In this document: in pieces, positions 10,728 through 19,731 of the stretch | Layout of the letters: each line of letters starts with the position of its first letter | How positions within the stretch are numbered: the first letter of the stretch is position 1 | Made by a program: the position numbers and the translations under genes | The notes under the pieces: model-generated | What the model was told of the DNA's origin: nothing | Databases searched by the model: none | The model's input: only the letters and a program-made list of their open reading frames with translations | Source: an uncultured Planctomycetota bacterium | GTDB taxonomy: Bacteria > Planctomycetota > Planctomycetia > Isosphaerales > Isosphaeraceae | Assembly (NCBI GenBank): GCA_963737655.1 | Contig: CAVTTN010000002.1 | Span: 6,912,001-6,976,000, forward strand | Reading direction: 5' to 3' | DNA length: 64,000 bases

Positions 10728-11111
10728 TCAATGCGTCAGCCCCGCATCGAGTCCGTCGTGACGCCGATCTCCAGGATCGCACAAAACGCCGCTTCGGTGC
10801 ACCAGATAGTCTCCAAAAGTCAGCTCCCGGGGACTCGGCAACAGGAGGACCGTCGTGGCGTCCTCTCCTTCGGTCAGTTCGATCCCCGGCGCCGCGGCTC
10901 GACCCCAGGTGATGATCTCGACCGATTCGCCGGGGAGGAGCGTGTATTCATCTCCCCAAACGCTCCACCAGGACGATCCGAGGACGACTCGTCCCGTTGC
11001 GAATCCCAATCGAGGCGGATGGACCGTCGATCGCGGATCGATCGAGGAATCGCGTCGTCGGGGGCCACGAGCGGTCGGCGAACGATCGGCCGGAGGCGGC
11101 GTTGGGATCAT
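10728..11111 (-). CDS. Hypothetical protein
   Basis: The C-terminal half (EYTLLPGESVEIITWGRAAAPGIELTEG) looks protein-like. The start is uncertain and no family was recognised. Confidence 0.3.
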   Translation of the reverse strand: MIPTPPPADRSPTARGPRRRDSSIDPRSTVHPPRLGFATGRVVLGSSWWSVWGDEYTLLPGESVEIITWGRAAAPGIELTEGEDATTVLLLPSPRELTFGDYLVHRSGVLCDPGDRRHDGLDAGLTH

Positions 11112-11249
11112 CCATTCGGAGGGTCGGGGGAGGGGGATCGGACCGTCGTCGGGGCCTCATCGGGAGCAGGGCGAGGACAGCCAAGGATAAGGGCCGCTCT
11201 AGCCTCTCGTCAAGGGAGGGTCTCGCCCCCGAACCGACGACCACGCCGC

Positions 11250-11278
11250 TTGCCGAGCGAGGCCGGACTCGTCATAAT
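11250..11278 (+). promoter_or_regulatory. Sigma70-like promoter of tRNA-Arg
   Basis: TTGCCG-17 bp-CATAAT, ending 10 bp upstream of the tRNA. Confidence 0.6.
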
Positions 11279-11288
11279 GAAGCCCGAG

Positions 11289-11362
11289 GCACCCGTAGCT
11301 CAATTGGATAGAGCATCAGTCTTCGGAACTGAGGGTTGGGGGTTCAAGTCCCTCCGGGTGTA
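11289..11362 (+). tRNA. tRNA-Arg (anticodon TCG)
   Basis: Acceptor GCACCCG/CGGGTGT+A, D arm GCTCAATTGGATAGAGC, anticodon arm TCAGT-CTTCGGA-ACTGA, T loop GGTTCAAGTCC. No encoded CCA. Confidence 0.96.
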
Positions 11363-11533
11363 GTGACCTTAAACCCTGCCGATCGCACGACTTGGCGAGC
11401 CAGACGAAGCGGCCCAGACGACTCCAGCCTCGCCGGTGGACCACCGGCTGCGAGGGCGGCCCGATCGGCTCGGGCGAGGAATCCCGTCCCTCCGTGAGCC
11501 GGAACTGTGCTTTCTTGCCGGTTCGATCGGGCG

Positions 11534-12265
11534 TCACGAAGTGCCGACTCCGTACTTCCTGGCCAGTTCCTCGACTTGCTGGTAATCGGTCTCTACGCGC
11601 TCGGCGGCTTTCCGGATCGACGCGTTCATCCGGCTCAAACCGCCGTCGAGCTCCTGGAAGCGGAAGCCGTTTCGGAAGCCTTCGATGAATTCTTCGAGCG
11701 ATCCCTCGGGCAAGGCGCGGAGGCCCTCGCCGAGCCTCTCGCAGGAGTCGAGGTAGCGCGAGAAGGCGTCGCGAAAGTCGGACGGGCAGTCGGAGAGTTC
11801 CAGGGATCGCATTCGGGCGACGTACAGATCGATGGCCCGGGCCTTCACCGCGTATTTCTGCTGATCGACGAGGACCTCCTTCATGCTCCTGGCGGCCTCG
11901 TCGCTCTGCTCGATCACCCGGGCGATGGCGTCCTGGGCGGCCTGGGCGGCCTTCCCCTCTTCGTCGAGGGCGGCCCAGCCGACCCAGGCGATCCCCACCG
12001 CCGCCAGCCCGATCAGGCCGACGGCCATGACTTTTCGCCTCGGGCCCGCCGGCCCGCTCGCCCCCTTTTCCGATCCGGGCTCGGCATCGCCGACCCCGGG
12101 ATTGGTGATGGTTAAGGCGCTGACCCAGATCACCCTGTCGCGCGAGACTTCATGGAACCAGTCGAGTTCGCCTCGGAGGCAGCGGTTTTCCAGATCGACG
12201 CGTTTAAACGGGCCGGTGATCCGGCCGGCGTCGCGGACATACCAGCGATCGGATTTCACTCTCAT
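11534..12265 (-). CDS. GYF_2/DUF4339-like domain single-pass membrane protein
   Basis: N-terminal WYVRDAGRITGPF...GELDWFHEVSRD..W, a TM segment (VMAVGLIGLAAVGIAWVGWAAL) and a helical C-terminal domain. Confidence 0.7.
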   Translation of the reverse strand: MRVKSDRWYVRDAGRITGPFKRVDLENRCLRGELDWFHEVSRDRVIWVSALTITNPGVGDAEPGSEKGASGPAGPRRKVMAVGLIGLAAVGIAWVGWAALDEEGKAAQAAQDAIARVIEQSDEAARSMKEVLVDQQKYAVKARAIDLYVARMRSLELSDCPSDFRDAFSRYLDSCERLGEGLRALPEGSLEEFIEGFRNGFRFQELDGGLSRMNASIRKAAERVETDYQQVEELARKYGVGTS

Positions 12266-12470
12266 AAGAGTCCCTCGATTCGCGGTCGGGGCCCGGTGCG
12301 AACCGCGCCCCGGGCCGACGTCGGGAGGCCCAGGCTCGGCCTCGCAAAGTCGAGTCCTCGCCGAATCCGTGGGTCGGGGTCTCATCGCCGGGGGCCGGAG
12401 ATAGTTTACCGGCCGATCCGAGACGTGGGCAAGGAGCGAAACGGCTGGTCATCCAGTTCGTCGTCCACGT

Positions 12471-12500
12471 TTGCCAATCCGTGGGACTCTCGATTATAGT
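12471..12500 (+). promoter_or_regulatory. Sigma70-like promoter upstream of the TIR-kinase/tubulin operon
   Basis: TTGCCA-18 bp-TATAGT in the divergent intergenic region, about 115 bp before the ATG at 12616. Confidence 0.45.
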
Positions 12501-12615
12501 CGGTCGCGAAGCCCTGATCCGGGGCGTCTCGACGCCGGTCGTCGCGGCCCTCGAACGATCGACGACGAGACGCGACGAGACGGCCCTGCCGACCGGGGCC
12601 GACGGAGGACGGACG

Positions 12616-13847
12616 ATGATCCGCGTGTTCGTCTCGTATCGACGCGAGGACAGCCTCCACCCGACCGGGCGGCTCTACGACCGCCTCTGCGCCCGATTCG
12701 GCACGGCGAACATCTTCAAGGACGTCAATTCGATCCCCCTGGGCCTGGACTTTCGCGAGGTGCTCAGGGCGGGGATCGCCGAGAGCGATCTCCTGCTGGC
12801 GATGATCGGCGATCATTGGCTCGAAGCCGGCAAGGCGCCGGGAACCCGCCGGCTCGACGACCCGAACGACTTCGTCCGCTTCGAGATCGAATCGGCCCTG
12901 GAGCGGGGCGTCCCGGTCGTCCCGGTGCTCGTCGGCTCGGCGCCCATGCCCCAGGAGCACGAACTGCCGGCGGGACTGAAGCCCCTGGCCTTCCGGATGG
13001 GGATCGTGGTCCGCCCCGATCCCGACTTCCACGCCGGGGTGGACCTCTTGATTGCCCGGATCGAGACGGTCGCCTCGGAGCAAGCCGCTCGCCGGTCCCG
13101 GGAGTTCCTCGGCGGGTTCGGTTCGTATCAGGTGCTCAGTCCCCTGGCGGGGGCCTCGATGGGCTCGGCGTTCCTGGCCGAGGATTCGCGGACCGGCCGC
13201 CGGGTCGTCCTGAAGGCCCCCGACCTGGCGGCGAAGGATCGGGCCCGGTTCCTGGAGCGGGCCCGGGCCGCGAAGGGCCTGCGCCATCCCTCGCTCTGCC
13301 CGGTCCTGGACGTGGGGGAGATCGACGGCCACCCCTATCTCGTCATGGAATTGATCCAGGGCAAGAGCCTGGCCCAGACGATCCCGGCCGAGGGGACGCC
13401 GGTCCGCCCCGCCGCGGCCCTGGTCGGTCGGCTGGCCCTGGCGATGAAGGAGGCCCACGAGCGAGGGGTCCTCCACGGCGAGCTGACCGCCGCGAACATC
13501 CGGTTTCGGCCGGTCGGCCAGGGGCGAGACCCCGTGATCGTCGGCCTCGGCCGGGGCGACGACGAGTCCGGGCCGATCGCCGACGTCGTCGGCCTGGGGA
13601 CGGTCCTCCGGCAACTCCTGGAGGGCCGGCCGGCCGGCTCTGAGCCGAGGAACGAGCCGGGCCCCGGGCGGTCGAGCCGGCCCTGGCGGCGATCTGCCGG
13701 AGGGCCACCGACCGGGCCTCGGCGGACCGCTACCTGACCATGAGCGAGTTCGCCTCGGCCCTGGCGGATTACCTGCATTCCCCTCCGGCCCGGCGGATCT
13801 CGGCGGGCGTCTGGGGCCGGGCCTCCGGGATCGAGTTCGAGTCGTAG
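12616..13847 (+). CDS. TIR domain-Ser/Thr pseudokinase fusion (apparent -1 frameshift near 13665)
   Basis: TIR_2 motifs VFVSYRRED, IFKDVNSIPLGLDF, DFVRFEIESAL. Kinase fold VVLKAP, LRHPSLCPVLDVGEIDGHPYLVMELIQG. The kinase C-lobe (LAAICRRATDRASADRYLTMSEFASALADYL) continues in the next frame to TAG at 13845-13847. Confidence 0.85.
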
Positions 13848-13889
13848 CCGCCCGGGTCGTGTGGTCGCGAGAGACCGAGGATCGAGCCG

Positions 13890-15524
13890 ATGCCCAGCCT
13901 CCCCCCGCTCGGATGCCCCTACCCGCGATGCCCCTCGCATCACGGAGTCGTGCCCGAGGCCACCGAGGCTCCCCAGGGGATCCGGCTGTGCTCGGCCTGC
14001 GGGCGGTTGATGGTCGTCTGCCATAACCGGAGCTGCCAGGCCTCCGGCACCTTCAATCGCCCGTTCGTGAAGTTCTGCCGACGATGCGGCGAGCCGGTGA
14101 AGCAAGGCCGGGCCTGGGAGGCCCTGCGGCGGGACGGCTGGGACCTCGTCCCCCAGGGGATCGCCGAGCCGGAGATCGTGGCCGACCTCTCCCGGCTGAT
14201 CCAGACCCATTCGCCGCGATACCTCGTGGCCCAGGAGATGATCCGAGGGATGCTGGCGATCCACCACGCCGGCCAGTCCCTGGCCCTGACCAAGGCGGTC
14301 CCGGGCGACCTGGACGAGGCGATCCTCTGGAGCTGGGCGGAAGACCCGTTCCCCGAATCCCCCTTCGGCGGGCCGTCGCCGCCGAACACGCCGACGCTCT
14401 TGCCCGACGAGCGCCGGCTGATGTTCTCGTGCCCCCAGGGCGTCCTGCTGCTGGACCTGTGGAGCTGCCACGGGATCTCGGCCAAGGACAACGCGGCGAG
14501 AGTCCGCGTCCTCAGGCTCTCGCGACGGTCGCTGGTCGTCCCGCCGATCCCGCTGGACCCGAGCCGGATCGGCCTCCTCAGCCGGGGGCCGGGCGAGTCG
14601 TCCCCCTATCGCTGGACGATCTGGGACATCGCCCGGCCCGAGTCGGAGGATGCCTCGGTCGCCTCCGAGCTGAACTCGGAGGCCGGCGCCTTGCTGCCGA
14701 TCGGCCTGGGCACGCCCTGCCGTCGCGAGGTCGTCGCCGATCGCGCCATCACCCTGACGACCCCGAAGGCGCAATTCGTCTGGAAGATGGCCGACGCGAT
14801 CGAGATGAACGTCGCGGAGGACAAGCTAGTCCGGACCTGGCCCGGCCCCGAGGCCGACCCCGAGGACACCATCGTCCTGGACGACCGGGGGGAGTTCCAG
14901 ACCGCCGCCATCGCCTCGACCGAGGCCATGCTCCTCCACGAGCCGACGGCCGAGATGAAGAGGCGAGGGCTGGACGGGCAATTCTCGTGGTTCTACTGCG
15001 TCCGCAGCGATCGCGCCGCCAGCCTCGAATCGGCCGAGCGCTACGAGTGCTACCAGGTCCCCCTGGACAGCCTCAGATTCAACATCCCCCAGCCGGTCCA
15101 GCTCCCGTCCGGCGCCCGGCCCGTCGGCGCGGCGCCGGACCGCAACGACATCCCGAGGATGATCTTCCACTTCGGCCCGGAGATCTGGTCGGTGGACGAG
15201 GCCAACATGGGGCGGATGTACCAGGGCGGCCTGCCCTCGACCCCGGTCAGCCACCAGTCCGCCGGCCCCCTGATCCTCAGCGTCGGCGAGCAGGACCACC
15301 GGACGCGATTCGTCCAGATCGACTCGTTGCATCACCCGGCCCGACGGACCGAGGCGGTCCTGGGCGGGCGGCTGGTGTCGGACCCCTTGCTTTGGCATCG
15401 ATGGCTCTTTACGATCGAGATCGATGGGAGCGACCGCCTGCTCGCCCGACGACGCATCGTCCAGTTCGGCGCCCCGAACCGCCGGGCCGCCTCACCCGGC
15501 GCTGGAGACCTTGAATCGCCATGA
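13890..15524 (+). CDS. Double-zinc-ribbon protein with a probable C-terminal beta-propeller-like region
   Basis: CPYPRC, CSACG, CHNRSC, FCRRCG at the N-terminus. The remainder is beta-rich with blade-like segments (TPTLLPDERRLMF, LVSDPLLWHRWLFTIE). Confidence 0.7.
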   Translation: MPSLPPLGCPYPRCPSHHGVVPEATEAPQGIRLCSACGRLMVVCHNRSCQASGTFNRPFVKFCRRCGEPVKQGRAWEALRRDGWDLVPQGIAEPEIVADLSRLIQTHSPRYLVAQEMIRGMLAIHHAGQSLALTKAVPGDLDEAILWSWAEDPFPESPFGGPSPPNTPTLLPDERRLMFSCPQGVLLLDLWSCHGISAKDNAARVRVLRLSRRSLVVPPIPLDPSRIGLLSRGPGESSPYRWTIWDIARPESEDASVASELNSEAGALLPIGLGTPCRREVVADRAITLTTPKAQFVWKMADAIEMNVAEDKLVRTWPGPEADPEDTIVLDDRGEFQTAAIASTEAMLLHEPTAEMKRRGLDGQFSWFYCVRSDRAASLESAERYECYQVPLDSLRFNIPQPVQLPSGARPVGAAPDRNDIPRMIFHFGPEIWSVDEANMGRMYQGGLPSTPVSHQSAGPLILSVGEQDHRTRFVQIDSLHHPARRTEAVLGGRLVSDPLLWHRWLFTIEIDGSDRLLARRRIVQFGAPNRRAASPGAGDLESP

Positions 15525-16027
15525 TGCCCGCGCCCCAAGCTGCCGCGTCGCGCCGGTCCGCCGCGCTGGCGCTCGCCCTGGCCCTGGCCATCGCCCTGAT
15601 CGTCCTGGCGGCCTTCCCCGAGACCTCGCTGGCCCAGAACGCGGCGCGTCCCGGCCGCGCCGCGGCCACGGCCAAGGCGGTGGGCTGGGGGCGAGGCGTG
15701 CTGATGTTCCTCGTCTCGGCCCTGGCCTGCGCGTATATCTGGTATCAGGGCGTGTTCCCCTGGTTGCTTCGCAAGGGCGAGCCGAGCTGGCCCCTGGACG
15801 CCTGGAGATGGGCCACGGCCGGCGCGTGGACGACCACCTGCCTCTCGGCGATCCTGCTGGATCGGCCCACTCCGCTGATGACGCGCCACGTCTTCGGCCC
15901 CCTCCTCAATCAGAGCAGCCTGTCGACCCTGTTCTTCATCCCGATCGTCCTGCCGGTGATCCTCTGCCTCGGCCTCCTGGTGATCTGGAACTTCCGTCGC
16001 GACGAGGCGGCGTCCCGGCCCGTCTGA
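15521..16027 (+). CDS. Small multi-pass membrane protein
   Basis: Signal-like N-terminus plus about three hydrophobic segments. ATGA coupling with the upstream gene. Confidence 0.75.
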   Translation: MMPAPQAAASRRSAALALALALAIALIVLAAFPETSLAQNAARPGRAAATAKAVGWGRGVLMFLVSALACAYIWYQGVFPWLLRKGEPSWPLDAWRWATAGAWTTTCLSAILLDRPTPLMTRHVFGPLLNQSSLSTLFFIPIVLPVILCLGLLVIWNFRRDEAASRPV

Positions 16028-16101
16028 GCGGCAGGTCGGGCGACGAGCGGAGCGCCCCTCGCACTCGACCGGCCCCGCAACCCGCATCTTCGGAGCCCCC
16101 C

Positions 16102-19100
16102 ATGACGACGAGCGCGGTCGAATCGCGAATCCACTCCCTCGGCGGGAGCGCCTTCCGGGAAGAGACCCTCACCCGCCGAGTGCCGACGGTCTTCGTCGCG
16201 CTAGGAGGGAGCGGAAAAGACGTGGTAATGCGACTGCGTAAGCGGTTCTTCGATCGATTCCAGACCAAGGACCCCGGGTTCGCCCGCTTCGTCTTCATCG
16301 ATACCGACACCCAGAGCACCACGCCCCTCGAAGAGAAGGATGACTCCTACGCCGAGCTGGCGCCCAACCAGGACGAGCTGGTGGACGTGCCGATCAACCC
16401 GGCGCAGTTCGAGAAGACGTTCCACGACCTCAACGCGAAGGTCAATTGCGAGCATCTCTCCTGGCTGAAGCTGGAGATGGAGAGGATCACGCCCCAGGCC
16501 GTGGCCCACGGGGCCGGGACGTATCGGCCGATGGGCCGCCTGGCCTTCTACCTGAACTACACGGCGATCCGCGCCACGCTCGAATACCAGATCGAGGCGG
16601 CGCTGAGGTTCGCCGCCGAGGACGCGGCGAACGTCGATGACAGCCGGGTCGAGGTGGTGATCCTGATGTCCCTGGCCGGGGGCACCGGCGCCGGGATGTT
16701 CATCGACGTGGCCTACCTCGTCAAGGACATCCTCAACCAGCCCCGGTATCAGACCCTCAGCGGCAAGAACATCACGCTGATCGGCTTCCTCCCGGGCGTC
16801 TTCGAGGACCAGAAGCCGCTGTACGAGAGGCTCCAGCAGAACGCCTTCGCCGCGTTCCTGGAGCTGGAACACTACGGCACCCCTCGGACCGGCGACGAGC
16901 TGTTCCTGGGGGACCTCCGCGACCCCGCCGGCCAGTCCAACCAGAACTGGACCGGCTTCCGCAAGAACTGGGGCGACGGCCAGGTCGAATTCATCCGAGG
17001 GCCCGGGTGGGACACCTGCTTCCTGATCGACAACCGCAACGACCTCGACCCCAACGCCCCCCTGACGCGCCGCGAAGTCTTCCAGATGGCCGCGGATTAC
17101 CTGTTCCTCGACTTCGAGAACCACGCCTTCGCGGTGGCCAAGCGATCGGCCCGGTGCAACCTCGTCCAGTTCAAGGACAAGGTCAAGGAGACCTGGGTCC
17201 GCCGTGGGGACAACGGCCGGCCGGCGGCGCCGTCGCTGATCGAGGGGGACTCGGTCTACGCCACCCAGAACGGCTGCCGGTTCAGCACGTTCGGCGTGGC
17301 CGAGATCTTCTTCGACGTGGAGCGGCTGTACTACGTCGCCTCGTATCGCCTGGCCGCCCGCCTGCTCCGCCAGCGATGGCTGGGCTCCGCCGAGCGTTTC
17401 ACCCAGGGCGTCTACACCAACTGGGTGAAGGAAGACCTGCTCCAGCCCCGCGCCCGGCCCGACGAGGAGACCCCGCCGTCGTTCCTGCCCGAGAGCATGA
17501 TCCGGAGGATGCTCACCGGCGCCAACGGCTGCCACCTCGACGAGCTGACGCGGGACTTCGCCTCGCTGGCCGAGGTCCGCCCGTCCGAGGGCCGGCAGCG
17601 GCTGACCCAGGCCCTCCGCAACCACGCCGTGCAGCTCCAGGAAGGCCAGGGCCGGCGGGGCGACCGCGGCCCGGCCCTCCAGACCCTCCAGGAAAGCCTG
17701 ACGAAGCTCGGGGGCGACCCCGGCACCCTGGGCCCCCTCCGCAAGAGGCTTCGAGAGCTCGCCGCCTCCCGCTGCGCCGGCGTCGGCGTGAACGCCACGC
17801 TCCAGCTCCTGGACAAGTACCGCGACGCCATCGGCAAGGTCCGCGACCGCGCCCGCGAGCAGACCAGGCCCGCCTCGCCCGACGACGGCCGGTTGCTCGC
17901 CCGCCTGATCGAGGCCGAATCGGTCCCCTGGCCGGTCCGCGACAAGGCGATCGCCATCGAGTTCGCCCGGGCCCGCGACCAGGCCGCCGAGGCGGTGAAG
18001 CTCCGCTACGAGAAGCACGCCGCGGCCCGGCTCGACGAGCTGCTCCAGGGCATCAGCCTCTACATCGGCACGGCCGCGCAAACGCCCGACCCGGGCCTGG
18101 CCCGCCACGGGACGCTCTACGGCCACTACACCCGGGGCCGGACCCTGTTCCTCGCCCTGGCCACCCGGCTGGAGGACCGCTTCGAGGTGTCCTTCCTGGA
18201 CGGCCAGCCCCAGCCCGACGGCCGGGGCGATCGCGGCCAGCCGTCCCGGGCCTCGCGACGGCACTCCCTGTCCCCCAACTGGGACCGCGCGACCTACGAC
18301 ATGAGGATCGTCGAGGCCCTGGTCGGCCACCCGGAGCTTCACCTCGCCGAGAGGACCGCCGAGGACGAGGAGAACTTCGACTGGGACAAGCTCACCGAGC
18401 TGGTCCTCCAGAAGCTCCGGGCCCTGGGCCGGGGCCAGATGGACGGCGTCCGCAACATCGACGACCTGATCAAGTACTACATCACCAACGGCCTGGACGA
18501 CGCCTCCGGCATCGTCCAGGCGGCCGAGAAGCTCGCCGAGGCGTGCCGGATCGTCCTCCACGGCGCCAAGGACGCCACCGGGCAGCACGCCGGGGGCTTC
18601 CAGCTCCGCGACGAGGGCGGCGGCAACGCGATCGACCTGCTCGTCCGCCAGGACAACTGGGAGGAGCTCCTGGACAAGATGGTCAAGGCCAGCATGCCGT
18701 ACATCCAGACCACCGATCCGACCCGGATCTCCAGCGACTTCTCCCCGGCCTACAGCAACCTGTACAGCCAGAAGCAGGGGGACGCCGCCCCCAGCGCCAA
18801 CAACGCCAACCGCGTCTACCAGAAGGTCCGCAACCTCGTCGCCCAGCGGGCGACGAACATCCCCAACCCGTCGGCCCGGCTGCTCAACCCGCCCCTGGCC
18901 TCGGAGAACTCGACGATCATCCTCGTCCGCGAGATGACCGGCTTCCCCCTCCAGTTCTACGCCCACCTCGGCCAGATGAAGGCGGCCTACGACAAGACGA
19001 TCTCGCGGATCGGCAACCTCGGCAACGACGTGGCCCACATCAACTTCAACGAAGCGGGCGAGACGCTGCCGGACATCACCCTGCTGGACGCGAACACCTA

Positions 19101-19680
19101 CGCCCAGATCCGCGACCACGTCTCGTTCGTGATCCGGGCCATCATCATCGGCGTGATCAACTGGCGGGATCACGTCCTGAGGGTCGGCGTGCCCGACATC
19201 CACGGCGGCAAGCCCTCGGAGATGCGGCTGGGGACCCGGCTCCATCGCGCCATCAAGTACGCCTGCGACACCGACCGCGTCCGCCGCTACCTCGTCCAGG
19301 CCGGCAACGATTGGGTCACCAACGCCTCGACCGGCGACTGGGCGTGCCTGTATGCCTCGGCCCGGATGACCTGGGAGCAGCTCAAGCCGGAGAGGGACGT
19401 GACCAAGGGCGAGGTCTCCTCGCCCCTGAGGAACTGCTACGAGAGCATCCTCTCGCTGGCGACCAACCGCCTGAATGCCACCGAGGAAGGCAAGCGCTGG
19501 TTCTCCGCGCTCCGCCCCGATCCGTTCGACCCGCCCCGGCCCGACGACCCGCCCGACCTGGACGTCCACGGCACCCTGGCGCAGAAGCTGATCCGCCGAT
19601 GCCTCCGCCGGCTCAACCCCGAGGTGCCGATCTACCAGATCTTCCCGGAGAAGCTCGGCGACCTCGCGCCGCCCGCCTGA
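16102..19680 (+). CDS. Tubulin/FtsZ-superfamily GTPase (Tubulin_2/FtsZl1-like) with a long helical C-terminal region, ~1192 aa
   Basis: VFVALGGSGKDV, FVFIDTD, HGAGTYRPMGRLAF, signature SLAGGTGAGMFIDVAY, NAFAAFLELEHY, WDTCFLID. Strong GC3 codon bias. Confidence 0.92.
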   Translation: MTTSAVESRIHSLGGSAFREETLTRRVPTVFVALGGSGKDVVMRLRKRFFDRFQTKDPGFARFVFIDTDTQSTTPLEEKDDSYAELAPNQDELVDVPINPAQFEKTFHDLNAKVNCEHLSWLKLEMERITPQAVAHGAGTYRPMGRLAFYLNYTAIRATLEYQIEAALRFAAEDAANVDDSRVEVVILMSLAGGTGAGMFIDVAYLVKDILNQPRYQTLSGKNITLIGFLPGVFEDQKPLYERLQQNAFAAFLELEHYGTPRTGDELFLGDLRDPAGQSNQNWTGFRKNWGDGQVEFIRGPGWDTCFLIDNRNDLDPNAPLTRREVFQMAADYLFLDFENHAFAVAKRSARCNLVQFKDKVKETWVRRGDNGRPAAPSLIEGDSVYATQNGCRFSTFGVAEIFFDVERLYYVASYRLAARLLRQRWLGSAERFTQGVYTNWVKEDLLQPRARPDEETPPSFLPESMIRRMLTGANGCHLDELTRDFASLAEVRPSEGRQRLTQALRNHAVQLQEGQGRRGDRGPALQTLQESLTKLGGDPGTLGPLRKRLRELAASRCAGVGVNATLQLLDKYRDAIGKVRDRAREQTRPASPDDGRLLARLIEAESVPWPVRDKAIAIEFARARDQAAEAVKLRYEKHAAARLDELLQGISLYIGTAAQTPDPGLARHGTLYGHYTRGRTLFLALATRLEDRFEVSFLDGQPQPDGRGDRGQPSRASRRHSLSPNWDRATYDMRIVEALVGHPELHLAERTAEDEENFDWDKLTELVLQKLRALGRGQMDGVRNIDDLIKYYITNGLDDASGIVQAAEKLAEACRIVLHGAKDATGQHAGGFQLRDEGGGNAIDLLVRQDNWEELLDKMVKASMPYIQTTDPTRISSDFSPAYSNLYSQKQGDAAPSANNANRVYQKVRNLVAQRATNIPNPSARLLNPPLASENSTIILVREMTGFPLQFYAHLGQMKAAYDKTISRIGNLGNDVAHINFNEAGETLPDITLLDANTYAQIRDHVSFVIRAIIIGVINWRDHVLRVGVPDIHGGKPSEMRLGTRLHRAIKYACDTDRVRRYLVQAGNDWVTNASTGDWACLYASARMTWEQLKPERDVTKGEVSSPLRNCYESILSLATNRLNATEEGKRWFSALRPDPFDPPRPDDPPDLDVHGTLAQKLIRRCLRRLNPEVPIYQIFPEKLGDLAPPA

Positions 19681-19731
19681 TCGGACCCGGCCCGTCGCGA
19701 CGCCCCCCCTCCGACCGCGAGGATCGAGCCC

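Noticed and set aside
15424..16101. 226-aa N-terminal extension of the tubulin-like ORF
   Set aside because: It overlaps two better-supported genes out of frame. The start was moved to ATG 16102.
16102..19680. ftsZ or btubA/B
   Set aside because: About three times too long, with Tubulin_2-type motifs and no dcw cluster context.
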